A model generated the notes under the pieces. The model did not search any database. It was not told the origin of the DNA and worked only from the letters and a program-made list of their open reading frames with translations. Of a DNA stretch of 64,000 bases, positions 59,937 through 64,000 are shown one piece after another. Each line of letters starts with the position of its first letter. The first letter of the stretch is position 1. The position numbers and the translations under genes were made by a program. This stretch comes from Porphyridium purpureum. Lineage: Eukaryota. The stretch spans positions 2,976,001 through 3,040,000 of the forward strand of contig VRMN01000001.1 in assembly GCA_008690995.1 (NCBI GenBank), written 5' to 3'.

Positions 59937-61400
59937 GGCCGCAGTACGGTTGGTCGTACGATTTCTTGTATCGCGCCGGAGGAGGTTCGGAGCGACGAGT
60001 GAAGGATATAGCTTCACGAGAGACAAGAACACCGGGATCAGACCGACTTGGCAAAGACCATGTGGTTTCATTTGAGAACGGCCATTGGTATACGGTCCGA
60101 TCGCGGTGGATGCGCTCTCACGAGTTCAGTGGACGGTCGAATCTTTGGGCCACAATCGAAAGGGAACGCACTGTAGTCCTTGCTGCGGCTGCAGACCAGT
60201 GCTATTATTCAGGAATGTCTCGAAACACGTGACGATTCCAGGCGTTGTGCTTTGAATACTAGGAAAGGCTCCTCGACAACCGGCTGGAATGTTTTGGACT
60301 GACCAACACACGTACCAAACAGCGAGTTGGCTGTTGGGCGTCGCGTTCGTACCTCACAGCGAGCACATCTACGATGTGCAGTCGTTCTGGACGAACTGTT
60401 GGCGCTTGTGTACCCACGGGTGCTTCTTGGCCGACGATACTTCAGGATATCGTTGAGCGGAAAGTATGTTGCGCCTCTGATTCGAGCTTCGCGGCGGGCT
60501 TGCCGTCTTACTGCAAGCCAGCTCAACGTTGGGCCAACGCCATTCACGTAATCCGCTTGGCTTCGTCCCACGCTAGTCATCGGCCTGGAGCGCCAAGTCC
60601 AAGCCGTGGCCTCGTCGCATATCAGCAGCCGGACTCTTGCGGCGACAGGTCCACTGGCCTTGGCACTTCAGCATCGCCACGGTTACATTCTAGAAACGCA
60701 CGAGCATGTTATCGCATTATGCAGCGGGGTCGCCGCATTTGCCGAACGTGTGCGTGGATCATGATGCGGCCGGGAGTACGACAGTTCTGGCGGGCGCGAA
60801 ACGGCATAAGGTTGCAGCCTAATTCACGGACGCAAGAGCGAGGCGAATAGAATTCGCCACAGCGCGCGCGCGCGCGTCGGGCATGAGCCCGGTGTGATGC
60901 GCGACGTGCTCATGCAGCAGAGCGTTCACATGACCTCCGCGCACGCACCACTCATTCTCGCCTCCCCGTTCCAATTCCGCGCGTCCGAATTCTGACGCTC
61001 GACATAAAATAAATAGAAAAAATAAAAACCTCGCGCAGTATCGCGCGGTGTTCTTTCTCTGCTTTGTGCGAACCCTAGCGGCAGAATTCGAACGACCGAG
61101 CGCTCCTCAAGAAGCTACCCAAAAACCGGCCACGCGCGTGATTTTCCACCGCCTGATCCCAGTTGACCATTTTGGACTCGCGCACGGCCATTGCGTATCA
61201 TCCGCATCATCTGCCGCGCTGCGATGAAGGTTGATGTGTAACCGGTTAGATTTATTTGGTATCAGCTCGAACCGCCCGAAGTGTGTGTGTCTGGAACTGC
61301 CACCTTTTAGAGGAGGAACGAAGAACGAATCAAACGCCACAATCGAATTCGGTCCCTCCTAGGATTATTCTTATTGTGCGCAAGCGCGTGCGTGCGCGTG

Positions 61401-61446
61401 CACGTGTCGGCACGTGTCGGTGCGTGTCGGTGCGTGTCGGTGCGTC
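61401..61446. repeat. 10-bp tandem repeat YRCGTGTCGG x4 plus a partial
   Basis: CACGTGTCGG x2, TGCGTGTCGG x2, TGCGTC. Confidence 0.85.
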
Positions 61447-61867
61447 GAATTCAAAGCAAGGTTGGCTGTATGTATGAAAACGGGAGTTGTTTTTGATGGG
61501 TGAGTGTGCAGCTGCGTGCGGGATACTACTGACGCGGACGCGCAGCGTAGATGCTGCGCGCATGAAAGAAAGGATAGGAGGGAAGCGCCGGAAGAATGGT
61601 GAGCACGCGCGTGCCCGCTGGACAAACAGCACAGTTTGATTTCGGTTTGAATTTGGTTGCACAGTCTGCGCCAACCACGCAACGTGGTCGGTGGCAACTC
61701 GTTTCGTCTGGTTTGGAGCAGGTGGCCACGCATGGACGCTGGGTATAAGTGTTGGCTTGACGGCACGGATACTTGGCAGCAGGCGTCGCACAGGAGGAGA
61801 GACGGACAGCGGGAATACTAAGGCGATACGGGAGAGAGGGTTCGGAGGTAGTGGCAAAGGAAGAACC

Positions 61868-62767
61868 ATGACAAGAGGAAGCTTCGGCATCACGGCCCTT
61901 GCGGCCGTGGCGCTGGCTGCGATGTGTGTCTCTGTGCAGGCTTATACACTCACGGTTTCGTTCGAAGACTGCATGGCACAGAAGGGAGCGTATACGTTCC
62001 CGGCGTCAACGCTCGAGAGGAAACAACTTGCGCTGAAGACCGACTTGATTGGCAACGGCGTCGACTCTTTTACGGCCAGCGTTCTTTCCGGACTCTTCTA
62101 CACGACGATGCCGCAGGAGACCACATCGGGCGACTATTGCTACTCGCACGCGAAGAGAATGCAGCTGGCTGCATTGAACGACCTTGGCTTTGGAGCAGAC
62201 GCAAAGCCGTTCATCAGGGATGAGGCAACCTGGACAGCGATGCTCGAAGCCGAAAACGCTTTCCTGAACAACATTCTTGCGATGGAGGCGAATGGCACCA
62301 CGACTCGCACGTCGGCCGGTGTAGGCGTCCAACTCGAATCTTTCAAATCGCGCGGTCTGCTTGATGACCTCGTCTGGGACCCGCTCAAGCAGCTTTTCTG
62401 CTGCGCGAGTAGCGGGCAGTGCTTTGTTCATCAGCTCTGCGCGCAGGAAGCGTGTGCTAATTGCGACACCGTTTGGACGACAAACATTCCGACCGCCGCC
62501 AGCGGATGCGGAGGATGGTCGCAGGTTGTGCAGAATGGACTGAATGAGCCGCCATCGTGGTCTAAGCGTAGCGACTGGCGTCGCCGCATGTATTTGAACT
62601 GTCTGGCGGAGACTGTTCCGTCCAACAACGCGGTGGACTGGGCTTTGGCTGGCGTTGGCGACGCGTTGTCGTTCTCGTCAAACTCTTTCGGAAATGCGTG
62701 CCCGGTGGGCGTAACGTGGTCCTTCGCACTCGCGCCAAACTCGTGCACTCATATGCAGGGCCACTAG
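61868..62767 (+). CDS. Secreted cysteine-rich protein of unknown family
   Basis: Signal peptide MTRGSFGITALAAVALAAMCVSVQA. 12 Cys in the mature part. Confidence 0.8.
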   Translation: MTRGSFGITALAAVALAAMCVSVQAYTLTVSFEDCMAQKGAYTFPASTLERKQLALKTDLIGNGVDSFTASVLSGLFYTTMPQETTSGDYCYSHAKRMQLAALNDLGFGADAKPFIRDEATWTAMLEAENAFLNNILAMEANGTTTRTSAGVGVQLESFKSRGLLDDLVWDPLKQLFCCASSGQCFVHQLCAQEACANCDTVWTTNIPTAASGCGGWSQVVQNGLNEPPSWSKRSDWRRRMYLNCLAETVPSNNAVDWALAGVGDALSFSSNSFGNACPVGVTWSFALAPNSCTHMQGH

Positions 62768-63303
62768 TCCGAGTGCCTTGGATCCGAGGAAGTGCTTCGG
62801 TATTCAATTTACAGAGTTCAGAGTTTTGCGCCTTACCCGGTGCAGGGTATTAACCTAACTAAAGGATCGTTTGCTTTCACGCGATACCCTGACTACTGCA
62901 TAAAATTCATCGTTAGCACCCGTGCACTAGGAATGCGATGGAACATCTGCAAACCGCAGTCCCACCCCACGATCACGACGCCCGCGGCATTCTTGGTCCG
63001 TTGCCCGGACCATGCTGCCGACGGGATGGTGAATTTCGCGAGCCACAAGGAGGCTCGTCGCCATTGTAGCACTAGCGAAAAGCGGGTGGCACGCAAGGTC
63101 GTACAAAAGATGAGGTTTCAAAGAACAATTCAAGATTGCGTGCGCCGCCGCCCATGGTGTCCCGTCATGGAAAGCGTTCACTGCAGCAGCGATTCTCGGT
63201 GTGAGGATTCAGCCTGACAAAGTTATTAGGTCGAGTACACTAGATTCTCAAGCAGATTTGCGTTCAAAGAATGAATATAATCCTACGGTAATTCACTGTG
63301 TGC

Positions 63304-63885
63304 CTAGGCCTGCTTGCGCATACCAAGCTTATACTTGACCCACTCGAAGAACGGCAAAGCCGCCTCCGGTGTCACAATGGTGGTTGGCCAGTCCCGAATC
63401 TCAGTCGAGATCACCTTGTATCCGAATTCAAGTTCATCTCTATATTTGCTCAGCTGCGGGTACTTGTTCATCGCGCCGGCCAGGAATTTACGCGAGTCCG
63501 GCCCAAAGACCACCTGGGCAATACCCTTATCTAGCGCGCCCTGGTAGAGTTTTCTGCTCCAGTTGGCCTTCATCGCGTTAACCAGCGTCTTGGAGTTCCT
63601 GTCTCCTCCGACCATTCCAACAGGATACCAAATCTTCGCACGCTGCGTGCGCGCAAAGATCGCAAACACGGGGGTGCCATCCTTGGGCAGCTCTGGCGGA
63701 CCTCCCTGTGGCAATCTGTCCCTGGACGCACGCCCAGAACCCTTCGCCATCCTTAGCACGCTGGACTTCTGCTGCCGCAGGTACTGTTGGTGCAGCAGCT
63801 GCTGCTGTCTCACGACACCCACTGTCCTCTTCTGCCGCACCGCGCCCTCAAAGGGCAGCGCCACCTGCACAAACGCCGCGTCCAT
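63304..63885 (-). CDS. HHL1: HHL1-like plastid protein (hypersensitive to high light 1)
   Basis: MDAAFV transit peptide, F.IFART....WYPVG.V.G....K.LV..M...W.RKLY...L...IA and YPQL.....LEFGYK. Confidence 0.8.
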   Translation of the reverse strand: MDAAFVQVALPFEGAVRQKRTVGVVRQQQLLHQQYLRQQKSSVLRMAKGSGRASRDRLPQGGPPELPKDGTPVFAIFARTQRAKIWYPVGMVGGDRNSKTLVNAMKANWSRKLYQGALDKGIAQVVFGPDSRKFLAGAMNKYPQLSKYRDELEFGYKVISTEIRDWPTTIVTPEAALPFFEWVKYKLGMRKQA

Positions 63886-64000
63886 TTCGTCCCCGCCCTC
63901 GTTGAAAGGATGCCGCGTCTTCCCTACACGCATTCACGGATCGACGTCCTCTCTCGCACACCCCCTTGCCGACTTTGATCCCCTCAGACACTTATATCCT

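Noticed and set aside
60862..60876. (GC)n run with Z-DNA potential
   Set aside because: Short, and unremarkable in a CG-rich genome.
61468..61545. Possible 5'-UTR intron (GTATGT/GTGAGT..TACTGAC..CAG)
   Set aside because: Signals are plausible but there is no reading-frame constraint or transcript evidence to test them.

Overview
Gene-dense, intron-poor eukaryotic nuclear DNA from a red alga. The lineage (Porphyridium-like) is inferred from an Lhcr antenna gene, Phe-type M(A)xFV plastid transit peptides, a DPE2 with no obvious transit peptide and only four confidently placed spliceosomal introns. About 30 protein genes are supported: RbfA (partial, missed by the ORF track), TEX261/SVP26, DUF3110-like, ING, an OafA-type AT3-SGNH O-acyltransferase, RsmH, TAD3, LSM1, two tandem C2H2 zinc-finger paralogues, a sulfotransferase, a giant DEP-PH-CaMKK-like kinase with a nearby pseudokinase paralogue, TM9SF, a cluster-less TatD-associated radical-SAM-like protein, Lhcr, an AspH-like dioxygenase, a GT77 fusion, CTF8, KCR, EamA, V-ATPase subunit e (3 exons), BCKDH E2, DET1, DPE2, a stand-alone YVH1 Zn domain, a secreted Cys-rich protein and HHL1. 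The most unusual region is 32.1-38.0 kb. It looks empty but holds a birth-and-death cluster of an unrecognised basic microprotein family (motif GRSR..KRSRSEAR[HR]E[YH]A), with three intact genes and at least three pseudogenes. Several upstream regions carry short tandem arrays, and a CTGTAC/GTACAG motif recurs upstream of many genes. No CRISPR, rRNA, tRNA or transposon was recognised. All family calls come from motif recognition by eye, not database searches.
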